64,000 bases of DNA from Chloroflexota bacterium (lineage in GTDB: Bacteria; Chloroflexota; UBA11872; VXOZ01): the NCBI GenBank assembly GCA_964291655.2, contig OZ219802.1, positions 448,001-512,000 of the forward strand, written 5' to 3'. Both the position numbers and the translations under genes were made by a program. This document shows positions 28,185 through 38,200 of the stretch, in pieces (the first letter of the stretch is position 1; every line of letters begins with the position of its first letter). The notes below the pieces were generated by a model. The model saw nothing but the letters and a program-made list of their open reading frames with translations, was not told where the DNA came from and did no database searches.

Positions 28185-31109
28185 TTAGGTGAACAGTTTT
28201 ACGTTCTTGGGACGGGACTTTCCGCCGTGGACGGAGGGTTCGGCGCACCATTTGGCGGCGAGGCGGCGGACGGCTGTGTAGGTTTGTTCGTCGAAGTTCA
28301 AGAGGTCACGGATGACGCGGCGGTCGAGGAGGGCGCGGTTGGGGTCGGCGTCGGCGAGGTAGGCGGGCTGCAACTTTTTGTCGCGGAATTCGTCGAAGAT
28401 TTCTTCCGCCTCGTTCAGTTGATTGTCGCTGAGGGCGCGGAAGTCGAGGACGGGAAGAGATTCAGCGGAGCGGATAGTTATTCCAGCCTTGCTCGACTGC
28501 TGTCGGTTGGCGTGCCACCAATAGCAAAGCAACCCCAATGTACTGTTGCCCCAAACCGCAAAAGCGTATTCGAACCTACTTTCCTCAAATGCCACGTTAG
28601 GCCAAACTCGACCTCCGATTGATTCCCTTTCCGTAAAGGAAACGGCGAGTGGCTGAGAGCCAAAAGTATATTCGAGATTCAGGTGGGCCCGGCTGGCTCT
28701 AGCCCAAACTGCGTTGGCCTTCTGCTCCATTCCTTGCCTTACTAGCAATTGAGAATCCGGCTGGCACAGAATCCGGGTTTCGTTCTTGGCATCATGATTC
28801 CAAAGAGCAGGATAGGTCGCTGTTAGGCTTGGTTGGGCTTTGTCAAAAGGCCCTTGGGGAGGCCCACTAGATGGCCAACCGGTAATGTCCAGATGATGAA
28901 ATCCCATACTAGCAATGGTTCCAAGCCGCACTTGCCTCAAATTCAAGATGTTTGGGCTGCCAGGTAGCCATAGTTGTCCCTTTGACAGCGCGTAGCAGGT
29001 CTGAGCAAGCGAGTAGTCAGACAAGCGTACGGATCCCCAAGCTGCCCCATTCACTTCAATGGGTGCCTCTATAGTCTCTCCCGCAAAGTCGGTGCCAATC
29101 GCTAAGCTCGTGCCCCCATAGGGTCCATCCTCCAATTGCCGGATATCGCCAGGCTCTTCTAAAGCTTTTGCAGTTGCGCTCGCCTCCGCAAGTCCCTTTG
29201 GGCGCAAACGCAGCGAAGCAAATTGAGATCTTGCATGAGCAGAGGCCCCACTCGCAGCCTCCTTACCTTTGCGCGCGACCAACAGACAGTCTGCCATTCC
29301 TGTGTCGGATGAAAATGACATTTCACTACCGGTAGTTGAAATACTCAATACTGTCAGGTCTCCATAGCGATGCTCAATCATCTGTCGAAACCCTTGCCAT
29401 GACAGACCAGAGGCCGTAGATAAAGGTAAAACTAGTGCCAGGATTCCGCCAGGCTTCAATTTGCGGTCAGCCAATGCAGCAAAAGCTGAGGCCATTCCCG
29501 CGTGACCGTGATAGCAGGTTCCCTTCCTAAAGACGGCCATGCGTTTCGCCATTTCCCTCTGGTCTTCTTTGCTTGCGTTGAATGCAGCAAACGCGCCAGC
29601 GAAAGTCCCCGCGTACCCCGCCTCTTTGTTTGTATTTCGAGTGAATGGCGGGTTCATGATCACCATGTCAAACCCCTCATCCGGGACATCCACGGTAATT
29701 TGGGCCGCGGTTTCCTCACCCGCGCTGCCGGTGCGGAGGGCGGGGTCGCTGGTGTTGAAGAGGGTTTGGACGTCTGATCGCTGCAGAAGTTCCAGGGAGC
29801 CGATCTTTACCGTGCCGTCGGGCTGGCGGCCGTAGGGCATGGTGTAAAGGCGGGAGCTGCCAAAGGCTTCCCCAGGTTCCACGCCGGAGAGGGTGGAGCC
29901 GGTGATGTGGATGGCCGAGGGCATCACGTCGCAGCCATAGAGCACATCTTCCATCATGGCGCGGTGCAGGGCGGCCGGATTGCCGCCGGCGCGCTCGTGT
30001 TTGGCGGCGATCTGCTCGTACACCGCCGAGAGTAGCGCGCCCGTGCCGCAGGCAAAATCGGCGATGCGCAGCTTGCCGATGGCGCCGGCATCCGCCCAGT
30101 CCACGCCTGGCAGCTTGGCCACGGCCAGCCGCGCCAGCAGCGCCGCCGACGCGGGCAGCGTGTAGAACGTCGCCAGATACTTGCGGTCGGCAATGAGGCG
30201 CTGGAAGATGCGGCCGGTCAAGTCGTGGGAATTCTCCACGCCCATAGACCTCACCGCCTGGGCCGTATCCCGCAAGCGCCGCAATATGCGCGCCGCCTCA
30301 GCCGCGGGCAAATGCATCAGAATGTCCCTGGCGACGGCAAAGATCGCCCAATAGTTGATCTCCAGAATGTCCTGCCACGCCGCGAGCACCTCACCCTGCG
30401 GATTGGCAACGTCATCGCCGCAGACCATGTTCAGGGACTTTACCCCAGAATGCATGCCGTAGATGCGCTCGTGGAAGACCAGAGCGTTGGCGATGATGGC
30501 GCAGGCCATGCGGCGCGTCTGCGGCACGTTGCTCATGCCGAGGAGACGGGCGATATCCATGGTGATTGCCTGGCGGTTGGTGTCCATCTCGTCCAGGATC
30601 TTTGCCGCCGCGTTGATACCCTCCTGCAGCGTGTCGGTGGCATCATCCACGGCCCGCTGCGGCACGGAGACCAAGCGTGCCAGATCGGCTACGTCCTCAG
30701 GTCCACCCTCCAGCCAGCCGGACGCCGGAAAGCGACTGACGCCCCTCTTCTCTTCCGTAAAGACACAGTAAGACAGACGGGCCTGCCGCAGAGCGGAAGG
30801 GAGATCGTCAGCATCAGCAATCTCATCGGGATACCGAAGCGCGATGGCGGCCCCGATGCGCCGTGCGCTCGCCGCTACCTCCAAACCCAAACGCGACTTG
30901 GCTTCATCCTCCACGGTCGCGCCGGGCACATACTCCGCCTCGATCACCACCGGCGCGCGGCCGGGATCCTCGATGATTATGTCGGGCCGCAGACCCGGAT
31001 GCCCCGTAATCGCCTGCGTACTCTCAGCGCGCACGTGACTGCGGGAGAGCATGCCTTGCAGCACACTTTCCATTGCGTTGTTGACACTTGGCTCGGTCTG
31101 ACGCGCCAT
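28185..31109 (-). CDS. Type IIG-like restriction-modification protein (PD-(D/E)xK-like nuclease, amino-methyltransferase, specificity region)
   Basis: RPDIIIE..VVIEAEY at the N-terminus; FYT, DFACGTG (motif I), NPPF (motif IV), LKPGG.LALVLP. Confidence 0.85.
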   Translation of the reverse strand: MARQTEPSVNNAMESVLQGMLSRSHVRAESTQAITGHPGLRPDIIIEDPGRAPVVIEAEYVPGATVEDEAKSRLGLEVAASARRIGAAIALRYPDEIADADDLPSALRQARLSYCVFTEEKRGVSRFPASGWLEGGPEDVADLARLVSVPQRAVDDATDTLQEGINAAAKILDEMDTNRQAITMDIARLLGMSNVPQTRRMACAIIANALVFHERIYGMHSGVKSLNMVCGDDVANPQGEVLAAWQDILEINYWAIFAVARDILMHLPAAEAARILRRLRDTAQAVRSMGVENSHDLTGRIFQRLIADRKYLATFYTLPASAALLARLAVAKLPGVDWADAGAIGKLRIADFACGTGALLSAVYEQIAAKHERAGGNPAALHRAMMEDVLYGCDVMPSAIHITGSTLSGVEPGEAFGSSRLYTMPYGRQPDGTVKIGSLELLQRSDVQTLFNTSDPALRTGSAGEETAAQITVDVPDEGFDMVIMNPPFTRNTNKEAGYAGTFAGAFAAFNASKEDQREMAKRMAVFRKGTCYHGHAGMASAFAALADRKLKPGGILALVLPLSTASGLSWQGFRQMIEHRYGDLTVLSISTTGSEMSFSSDTGMADCLLVARKGKEAASGASAHARSQFASLRLRPKGLAEASATAKALEEPGDIRQLEDGPYGGTSLAIGTDFAGETIEAPIEVNGAAWGSVRLSDYSLAQTCYALSKGQLWLPGSPNILNLRQVRLGTIASMGFHHLDITGWPSSGPPQGPFDKAQPSLTATYPALWNHDAKNETRILCQPDSQLLVRQGMEQKANAVWARASRAHLNLEYTFGSQPLAVSFTERESIGGRVWPNVAFEESRFEYAFAVWGNSTLGLLCYWWHANRQQSSKAGITIRSAESLPVLDFRALSDNQLNEAEEIFDEFRDKKLQPAYLADADPNRALLDRRVIRDLLNFDEQTYTAVRRLAAKWCAEPSVHGGKSRPKNVKLFT

Positions 31110-31536
31110 CTCTGCTGCAGCTCCCTCAGTCCGCCCCTGCAATTCCCAAGAAGTTCAACAGTACTATTGTACGTGGTATCAGCTGCTGTAGCAGGTCCTA
31201 CCATATTGAAAGTTCGCACAAGCTAGGTTGAAGGCCCCTCCACTTCCGTTGGAATGCCGCTACACTATTCAACCCTATCTCCCTGAGGGCCTATGCGAAT
31301 CGCCTTGATCTACCTTGGCTAACGGTTAGATTGAAGGTTGTAAAAGGCTTGAGGCTACGCAAATTACGAAATCATTATTGCCTCTGGATTCCGGCTTGCG
31401 CCGGAATGACGGCCTGCGCGGGACATTCCCTTAAAGCCCGCTAAGACCTTCCTATGATTTCCCTGAACTTCTACACACTTTCTTTGCATAGTCCCGTACG
31501 CTGGACGTAGAGGGACTGAGTGTGAGTATGTGAACC

Positions 31537-31980
31537 ATGTACCGCAACGGCGGGCGACCCTCTCAACCGCCTAGGAAGAGCGGCATCATGCGCAGGTACA
31601 GGACCAATCTCGGTCAGTGCTTAAACGGAGATGCGACCAATTCGCGCCAGGACCGCGACCAATTCAGTCAATACGTAGACAGAATTGGCAGCATTCTGCG
31701 CGAGACTCGTGAGTATCCCGGTCAGCGCAACGAGCGGCGCGGTCGCCGGACCGCACAGTCTCGGGCGCTGCACAGGGCCGAGTCTCTGGCTGCGCACGTG
31801 GCTGTGGTGCTGCTTGGGTTGGCTGCCGCGTTCAGTCCCTCCTATAAGCCCACAACGCGCAGCACGTGTACGCCCTATATCGGGCACAGTTTCACCCTGC
31901 TGCGCATGGTGATTGACCCACGCCCGCAGGCAATCTTTGCCTCCTTCACCGACGGAGTGCGCCTCGTCGGCATCCTATAG
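31537..31980 (+). CDS. Hypothetical protein (doubtful)
   Basis: 147-aa ORF filling an otherwise empty gap; one hydrophobic stretch; no recognised motif or clear RBS. Confidence 0.3.
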   Translation: MYRNGGRPSQPPRKSGIMRRYRTNLGQCLNGDATNSRQDRDQFSQYVDRIGSILRETREYPGQRNERRGRRTAQSRALHRAESLAAHVAVVLLGLAAAFSPSYKPTTRSTCTPYIGHSFTLLRMVIDPRPQAIFASFTDGVRLVGIL

Positions 31981-32116
31981 GCGTCCGCACGCGCACCGGT
32001 ACGGCGCACGTGTGGACGACTCCTCAGCGAGACCGGCCTTCGCCCCCGTGGGTTTGCAGGTCCAACGAAATCCTTAGGACGCAGTTTCATCCGTCATCAG
32101 CAACGCAAGGAGGCGT

Positions 32117-32386
32117 GTGATGATCGCCAAAGGCAAAGTCGCCATTCATTCGCGGAAGAGACAAATCATCGCAGAGGTTGCAATCGCCATAGCAGTCGCA
32201 GTGCTCGCAGTCATTCTGATCGGTCCGTTCATCGCGAGGCCGGCGTATGCCGACGAGAGTCTCAGGCACACGGAATGCCCGAGTTCGACCCAGCAAAGCA
32301 TCACCGTCTCAGCGCCCGACTTCGGGATGATGAGCGGCATTGAGGGCATCGAGCCAATCGGGCACAATGATGACTGCCAGCATTGA
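32117..32386 (+). CDS. Small secreted or membrane-anchored hypothetical protein
   Basis: AAGGAGG RBS; basic N-region, hydrophobic helix, AYA|D signal-peptidase-like site; two Cys in the ~45-aa mature part. Confidence 0.6.
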   Translation: MMIAKGKVAIHSRKRQIIAEVAIAIAVAVLAVILIGPFIARPAYADESLRHTECPSSTQQSITVSAPDFGMMSGIEGIEPIGHNDDCQH

Positions 32387-32587
32387 CCGGGTCTACCTGG
32401 CCGCCTGTGACGGCGCGGGAAGTGCACGCCGGCCGGTCGTCTAGCCTACGATCCTGGAATACCGCGGCGGGATGCGGGACTTGAGAGCAGCGGTACCATT
32501 GCTTGCGGCTCTTGAGCTGGGGGTGGGACAGTTCACTCCCCGCCGGATCCCCCGGTGCGGAACCCGGCCGAAGCACGAGACAAGGAA

Positions 32588-32624
32588 GAAGGGAGCCACA
32601 GCCACGCGGGCTGTGGCTCCCTTC
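32588..32624. terminator. Strong hairpin, probable terminator
   Basis: Perfect 16-bp stem GAAGGGAGCCACAGCC/GGCTGTGGCTCCCTTC; weak U-tract. Confidence 0.6.
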
Positions 32625-32753
32625 ACTGCGTGCGTATCTTTGCTCTCTGGCAACTGTGGGCTCTCGCCTATTAATCCAGCCGGCGCGTGCATTGGATTTA
32701 TTGGCCCGCTTGCACTATGCTCGAATCTGGAACACTGCAGCCAGGAGTCAGCA

Positions 32754-33887
32754 ATGCGGACCATAACCAAGACACAAGAGCGGCTCGACGACCTCTTGCG
32801 CGACTTTGCCGATTTGCGAGAACGCGCGGTAGGCTATCCCTGCAATCTGGACTTCGACTACAGCGCCTTGCTGCCCTTCCTCAGCTTCAGCGCCAACAAC
32901 GTGGGCGATCCCTTTCACGACAGCAACTTTCAAAGCAACTCGCATGAATTGGAAAGGGAGGTCATCAGGACGTTCGCGGACCTGATGCATCTGCCGCGCG
33001 ACGAGGCCTGGGGCTATGTCACCTCCGGCGGCACCGAGGGCAACATGTATGGGCTCTACCTGGCCCGCGAGATGTTTCCCGATGGCGTGGTCTACTTCTC
33101 ACAGGATACGCACTACAGCGTGGTCAAGATCCTCCGCGTCCTCAAGGCGCGCAATATCATGATCAAGAGCCAGGACAACGGCGAGATTGACTACGACGAC
33201 CTGCGCGAGACCATCCGCATCAACCGCGACGCGCCCGTCATCGTTTTGGCGAACGTCGGCACCACGATGAAAGGCGCCGTGGACGACGTGGGCAAGGTGC
33301 GCGGGATTTTGGACGACCTAGCGATCACGGGCTACCACATTCACGCGGACGCGGCCCTCAGCGGAATGATCCTGCCGTTTGTGGACGATCCGCAGCCCTA
33401 CGGGTTCGCTGCCGGGTTCGATAGCGTTTCGATCAGCGGCCACAAGATGATTGGCTCGCCGTTGCCTTGTGGAGTCGCCCTGACGCGGGCCGATTACGTG
33501 GCGCGCATCGCCCGCTCGATCGAATACGTCGGCGTGCTGGATACAACCCTGGCAGGATCGCGTAACGCCTTCACACCGCTCATGCTGTGGTACGCTCTGC
33601 AGCAGCACGGTCTGGACGGCTATCGCGAAATCGTAGCTGAGTGCCTGGCAGTGGCCGCGTATGCGGTCGGCAGTTTCAATGACCGCGGCATCCCGGCGTG
33701 GCGAAACAAGAACTCGGTCACGGTTGTCTTTCCAAAGCCGCCGGCAGCCGTGGTGCGCAAATGGCAACTCGCACCATACGAGGACATCGCCCACCTCATT
33801 ACCATGCCCCACGTGACTCGAGAGACTATCGATCTGGTCATCGCCGACTGCCTGGAACAGCAGCCACTCGAAAGGACACAGGGATGA
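32754..33887 (+). CDS. hdc: PLP-dependent histidine decarboxylase family protein (group II; HDC/serine decarboxylase clade)
   Basis: GYPCNLDFDY, NNVGDPF, WGYVTSGGTEGNMYG, HADAALSG, SGHKMIGSP.PCG (PLP lysine); AGGAG RBS. Confidence 0.88.
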   Translation: MRTITKTQERLDDLLRDFADLRERAVGYPCNLDFDYSALLPFLSFSANNVGDPFHDSNFQSNSHELEREVIRTFADLMHLPRDEAWGYVTSGGTEGNMYGLYLAREMFPDGVVYFSQDTHYSVVKILRVLKARNIMIKSQDNGEIDYDDLRETIRINRDAPVIVLANVGTTMKGAVDDVGKVRGILDDLAITGYHIHADAALSGMILPFVDDPQPYGFAAGFDSVSISGHKMIGSPLPCGVALTRADYVARIARSIEYVGVLDTTLAGSRNAFTPLMLWYALQQHGLDGYREIVAECLAVAAYAVGSFNDRGIPAWRNKNSVTVVFPKPPAAVVRKWQLAPYEDIAHLITMPHVTRETIDLVIADCLEQQPLERTQG

Positions 33888-34276
33888 ATAGGATAACTGT
33901 CTTAGCAAAAAACGAAATCGGCGTCATTGCCGACATCAGCCGGGCGCTGGCCGATGCGGGGATCAACATAGAGACCATCAGCGCCGAGGGGCTCAAAGAA
34001 CGCGGCACCATTACACTCACAACCGACGCCCAAGACGCTGCCCTGCGCGAACTCAAAAATGCCGGCTTCAAAGCAGTCACCGACGAGTCTCTAGTGCTCC
34101 GGCTGCCGGACGAACCGGGCGCTCTCGCCAAGGTGGCTGAGCGGTTCAAGCAGGCTGGCGTCAATATACAGAGTCTGCACATTCTCGAGCGCAAAGCCGG
34201 CTTCACCATCGTGGCGCTCGCCGCCGAAGACCGCGAGAAGGCCGCAAAACTGGTGGATGAGGCAACCCTGGTGTAG
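33884..34276 (+). CDS. Tandem ACT-domain protein
   Basis: NEIGVIADISRALADAGINIETI and DEPGALAKVAERFKQAGVNIQSL; ATGA overlap with the decarboxylase. Confidence 0.92.
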   Translation: MNRITVLAKNEIGVIADISRALADAGINIETISAEGLKERGTITLTTDAQDAALRELKNAGFKAVTDESLVLRLPDEPGALAKVAERFKQAGVNIQSLHILERKAGFTIVALAAEDREKAAKLVDEATLV

Positions 34277-34484
34277 CCGACAGGACACGGGTGTTGCAGG
34301 CCTAACCTCAGGTCGCATCGTCTTTCGCAATAGACTTCCCGCTGTACTCAGCCTCTGTGAGAATCATCCTTGCGGAAGGCACAAAACGAACGAGAGGCTA
34401 CGGGACTGCCGCATCATGAGCCGTTAGGCGTGGCACCGTACGCCATGCCTGCTCGGGTGGCTGTACCGCATTGCGCATGAACAC

Positions 34485-34901
34485 TTACGTCCCGCTTCGC
34501 CCCTCTCCCCCATTCACCGGCCAATGGCCGGGAACAGGATAGGCCTCGTCCTCGCCCGGCCAAGGAGGCATCGTTACAATGATGAAACGCAACGGCCTGT
34601 TCCCGGTTGTCCTGAATTGGAAGTGCGTGCCAACCGGGAGCGAGAGGCTCGCGCCTGGAGCCACGTTTACAATCCGCTCCCGATTTCCTTCTCGCCGCCA
34701 CACGTGGCCCGTACCCTCCAAGAAGTACCAGACCTCCTCAACCGTCCTGTGCGCGACGGCCATGGATACCTCCCCGGGGTTTAGCGTGCAGTGGACCATG
34801 CTGCCGCGGCTGGTTGCCGACAGTAGTCGGATTTCCGAACCATCCGGCGCCAGCGTGTCGTAGTTCGCGCCGGCTAGCATGTAGTCAAAGTCCTCGTTCA
34901 T
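34485..34901 (-). CDS. Cupin domain protein
   Basis: APDGSEIR, HRTVEEVWYFLEG, GTHFQFR, TMPPWPG. Confidence 0.9.
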   Translation of the reverse strand: MNEDFDYMLAGANYDTLAPDGSEIRLLSATSRGSMVHCTLNPGEVSMAVAHRTVEEVWYFLEGTGHVWRREGNRERIVNVAPGASLSLPVGTHFQFRTTGNRPLRFIIVTMPPWPGEDEAYPVPGHWPVNGGEGRSGT

Positions 34902-35257
34902 ACTGCTCTTTACCTCAACCTAGTCCGTCAGCGCATTCTTCTCTTGAGTCCGTAGCGACACAACCTCGTCTGATTTGAAGACATTCCGATAGGGTGCTAA
35001 TGCGCTCCGCCAAGGAAAATTCCTAAGATCACGTTATCTCTCTGTGAAGCCAAAAAGCACCTCAGCTTCGTACGGCATCTATGTAGTTTCCCGCTGAGGA
35101 ATACGCGCAAGGCGCCAACCAACAGAGCAAGAATTGCGTCCGTACATCCTTTGGTTTGTCTTGTACTATACTATCCATAGGGAAAGTGGGTATCCTCTTC
35201 GAAGCCAGTGTGACGTCGAGTGAATCCGAGCTTGTATAGACACCGGAGGGATTCAGG

Positions 35258-38200
35258 GTGGTGACTGACGAAACAGGCCGGCTCTTCCTCCGTTGCCTCA
35301 GTTTAGACTTGGAAGTTAACACTCGCGACGACCGCATCTTCGCGTTAGCGGGAGTGCGCCCGGACATCGGCAAGTCTGTAGTCTTCCCCGCAGGCGGCCA
35401 TGGATTGTCCGCCGCATTGTCTCAACTGGACAATCTCAGTGACGGGGCGGACTTTCTGCTCGGCCACAATCTAATCGCCTTTGATTTGCCCAGACTGCAA
35501 GCTGCTAATCCTAGCCTTCGGCTTCTGCGGCTGCCGGCCGTGGACACACTTCGGCTCAATCCCCTCGCCTTCCCGCGCAATCCCTATCACCACCTGGTTA
35601 AGCACTACCAGGACGGGCAACTGCGGCGCGGCAAGATTAACGATCCGGAGCTGGATGCGCGGCTTACGCTGGAGGTGTTTAGCGACCAGCAGAAGGCTCT
35701 ACGCGCTGCGCCGACCGACCTGCAACTAGCCTGGCATTGGCTGACAAGCGTACAAGATGGCACAGGCTTTGATTGGGTATTCACGTTGCTCCGGCAGACC
35801 GGAAGGCCGACCGATTCTGAGGCGCACGAGGCAATCTGCAGAATACTAGCTGGCAACGCCTGTGCAACTCATACGAATGAAACCATAGCTGATGCGTCCC
35901 ACCTGAGTTGGCCGTTGGCCTATGCGTTGGCCTGGTTATCGGTGGCCGGAGGCAATTCAGTGATGCCTCCCTGGGTACGACACCAGTTTCCCGCTGCAGG
36001 ACTCCTGGTGCGCCGCTTGCGCGACACTGCCTGCGCCGATCCCGCCTGTGAATGGTGCCGGGAACGGCACGACGCCGGCAAGGAGCTTGCGCGCTGGTTT
36101 GGCTTTCCCAACTTTCGCCCGGAGCCGGCCGACGAAGACGGTAGGCCGATGCAGCAGTCCATCGTCGAGACTGCGATGGCGGGAGAGCATGTGCTTGGGA
36201 TTTTGCCCACCGGCACCGGTAAGTCGGTGTGCTATCAGATTCCTGCTCTCTCCCGCTATGACAAGACCGGCGCGCTGACGGTGGTAATCTCTCCATTGGT
36301 CGCGCTCATGGCCGACCAGGTGGCAGGACTTGAGGCGCGGGGTATTGGCTCCTGCGTCACTATCAACAGTATCTTGTCCATGCCTGAGCGGAGCGATGCG
36401 CTTGAACGTGTGCGGCTTGGTGATGCAAGCATTCTCCTGATTTCCCCTGAGCAGTTGCGCAGCGTCAGCGTGCGCCGAGTCTTAGAGCAACGCGAGATTG
36501 GCGCCTGGGTGCTGGACGAGGCCCATTGCCTCTCCAAGTGGGGGCATGATTTCCGTCCTGACTACCGCTACGTGGGACGCTTCATCCGCCAGCGTGCCGG
36601 GGAAGAGCCAGTGCCGCCGGTGCTATGCCTGACCGCCACTGCCAAGCCGGATGTCATGGCTGAACTCGTAGCATATTTCCGAGAAGAACTCGGCATCACG
36701 ATGCAAGTCTTTGACGGCGGCGCTCAACGCACCAACCTGGAATTCGTGGTGGTACAGACGAGCGTCGGTGAAAAATTCGCGCACATCCACCACATCCTGA
36801 CGGACGATCTCTCGGAAGAAGGGGGAGGAGCCATCGTCTACTGCGCGACGCAGCGAAATGCTGAGGAAATTGCTGAGTTCTTACAGGCAAAAGAGGTCAA
36901 GGCGGACTACTTTCACGCGGGACTATCCCCCGAAACGAAAAAGGACGTTCAACGAAACTTCATCCAGGGTGAACTGCATGTCATCGTTGCTACCAATGCC
37001 TTCGGCATGGGGATTGATAAGCCAAATGTCCGGCTTGTCATCCACGCCGACATGCCAAGTTCACTCGAAAACTATCTTCAAGAGGCAGGCCGAGCCGGAC
37101 GCGATCAACAATCAGCCCGCTGCGTGCTTCTCTACACACTAGAGGACGTGGAACGCCAATTCAGCCTGTCGGCCCGCTCGCGACTCACTCGACAGGAGAT
37201 CTACGGCGTGCTGCGGGCCCTGCGCAATCTAGACCGCAAGAGACGCTTGGAAGGCAATGTGGTGGCCACTTCCGGTGAAATCCTTGGCGAGGACGATGAG
37301 AAGGTGTTCCAACGGGATTCCGCCACCGATGACACTCGCACGCGGACAGCGGTGGCCTGGCTGGAGGAAGCAGAGCTATTGAACCGAGAAGAAAACCGTG
37401 TGCAGATCTTCCCATCGTCTCTGCGTGTAAACTCTGTCAGCGAGGCGAGTGCCAAGCTGCAGAAGGCAAAGATCACCCCATTCTACCGGGGTAAGTTGCA
37501 GACTATTGCGGAGGCCCTGATAGATGCGGACGCCGACGAGGGGATCTCCACAGACGAACTTATGGCCGCTTCCGGTCTAGACTCAGAGGGCGTGCGCGCC
37601 GCAATATATGACCTGGAGCGATTGGGGATTGCCAGCAACGACACAGTGTTGACTGCCTTTGTGCACTCAGGAGTACAGCGTCAATCGCGTCAACGCTTCG
37701 AACGGGCAGCAGACCTCGAACAAGCCCTGATTAAGCTCCTGCAGGAGACCGACCAAGTGACGGAAAAGGGAGATTCGTGGCCGCTGCATCTCCGGCAAGT
37801 AACCCAACGGCTCAGGGACGACGGCCACTCGCATGCGCTGCCTGAACTCGTGCGGCGGATTATCCGCAGCATTGCCGCCGACGGACGGGGGGAGGGTGGA
37901 AGTGGAGGAAGCCTGGGAGTGCGGGGGCGCGATGCGGAGACCCTGTACGTGACGTTGCAGCGTGACTGGAATTCGTTGAGTAAGACTGCCGAGTTGCGTC
38001 GCGCGGCCGCTGGGCGTTTGCTAGACGATCTCTTGGCCGGCCTTCCGCCTGGTACGCGTGGCACAGACTTGCTGGTTGAAACGACACTCGGAAAGTTGCT
38101 GGGGGCAGTTAGTTCTGACATGGCCCTAGCGAGTGAAGTTAAGAGTCCCGTCAAGCTCACTGATCGCGCTCTCCTATGGCTCCACGAACAGGAAGTAATT

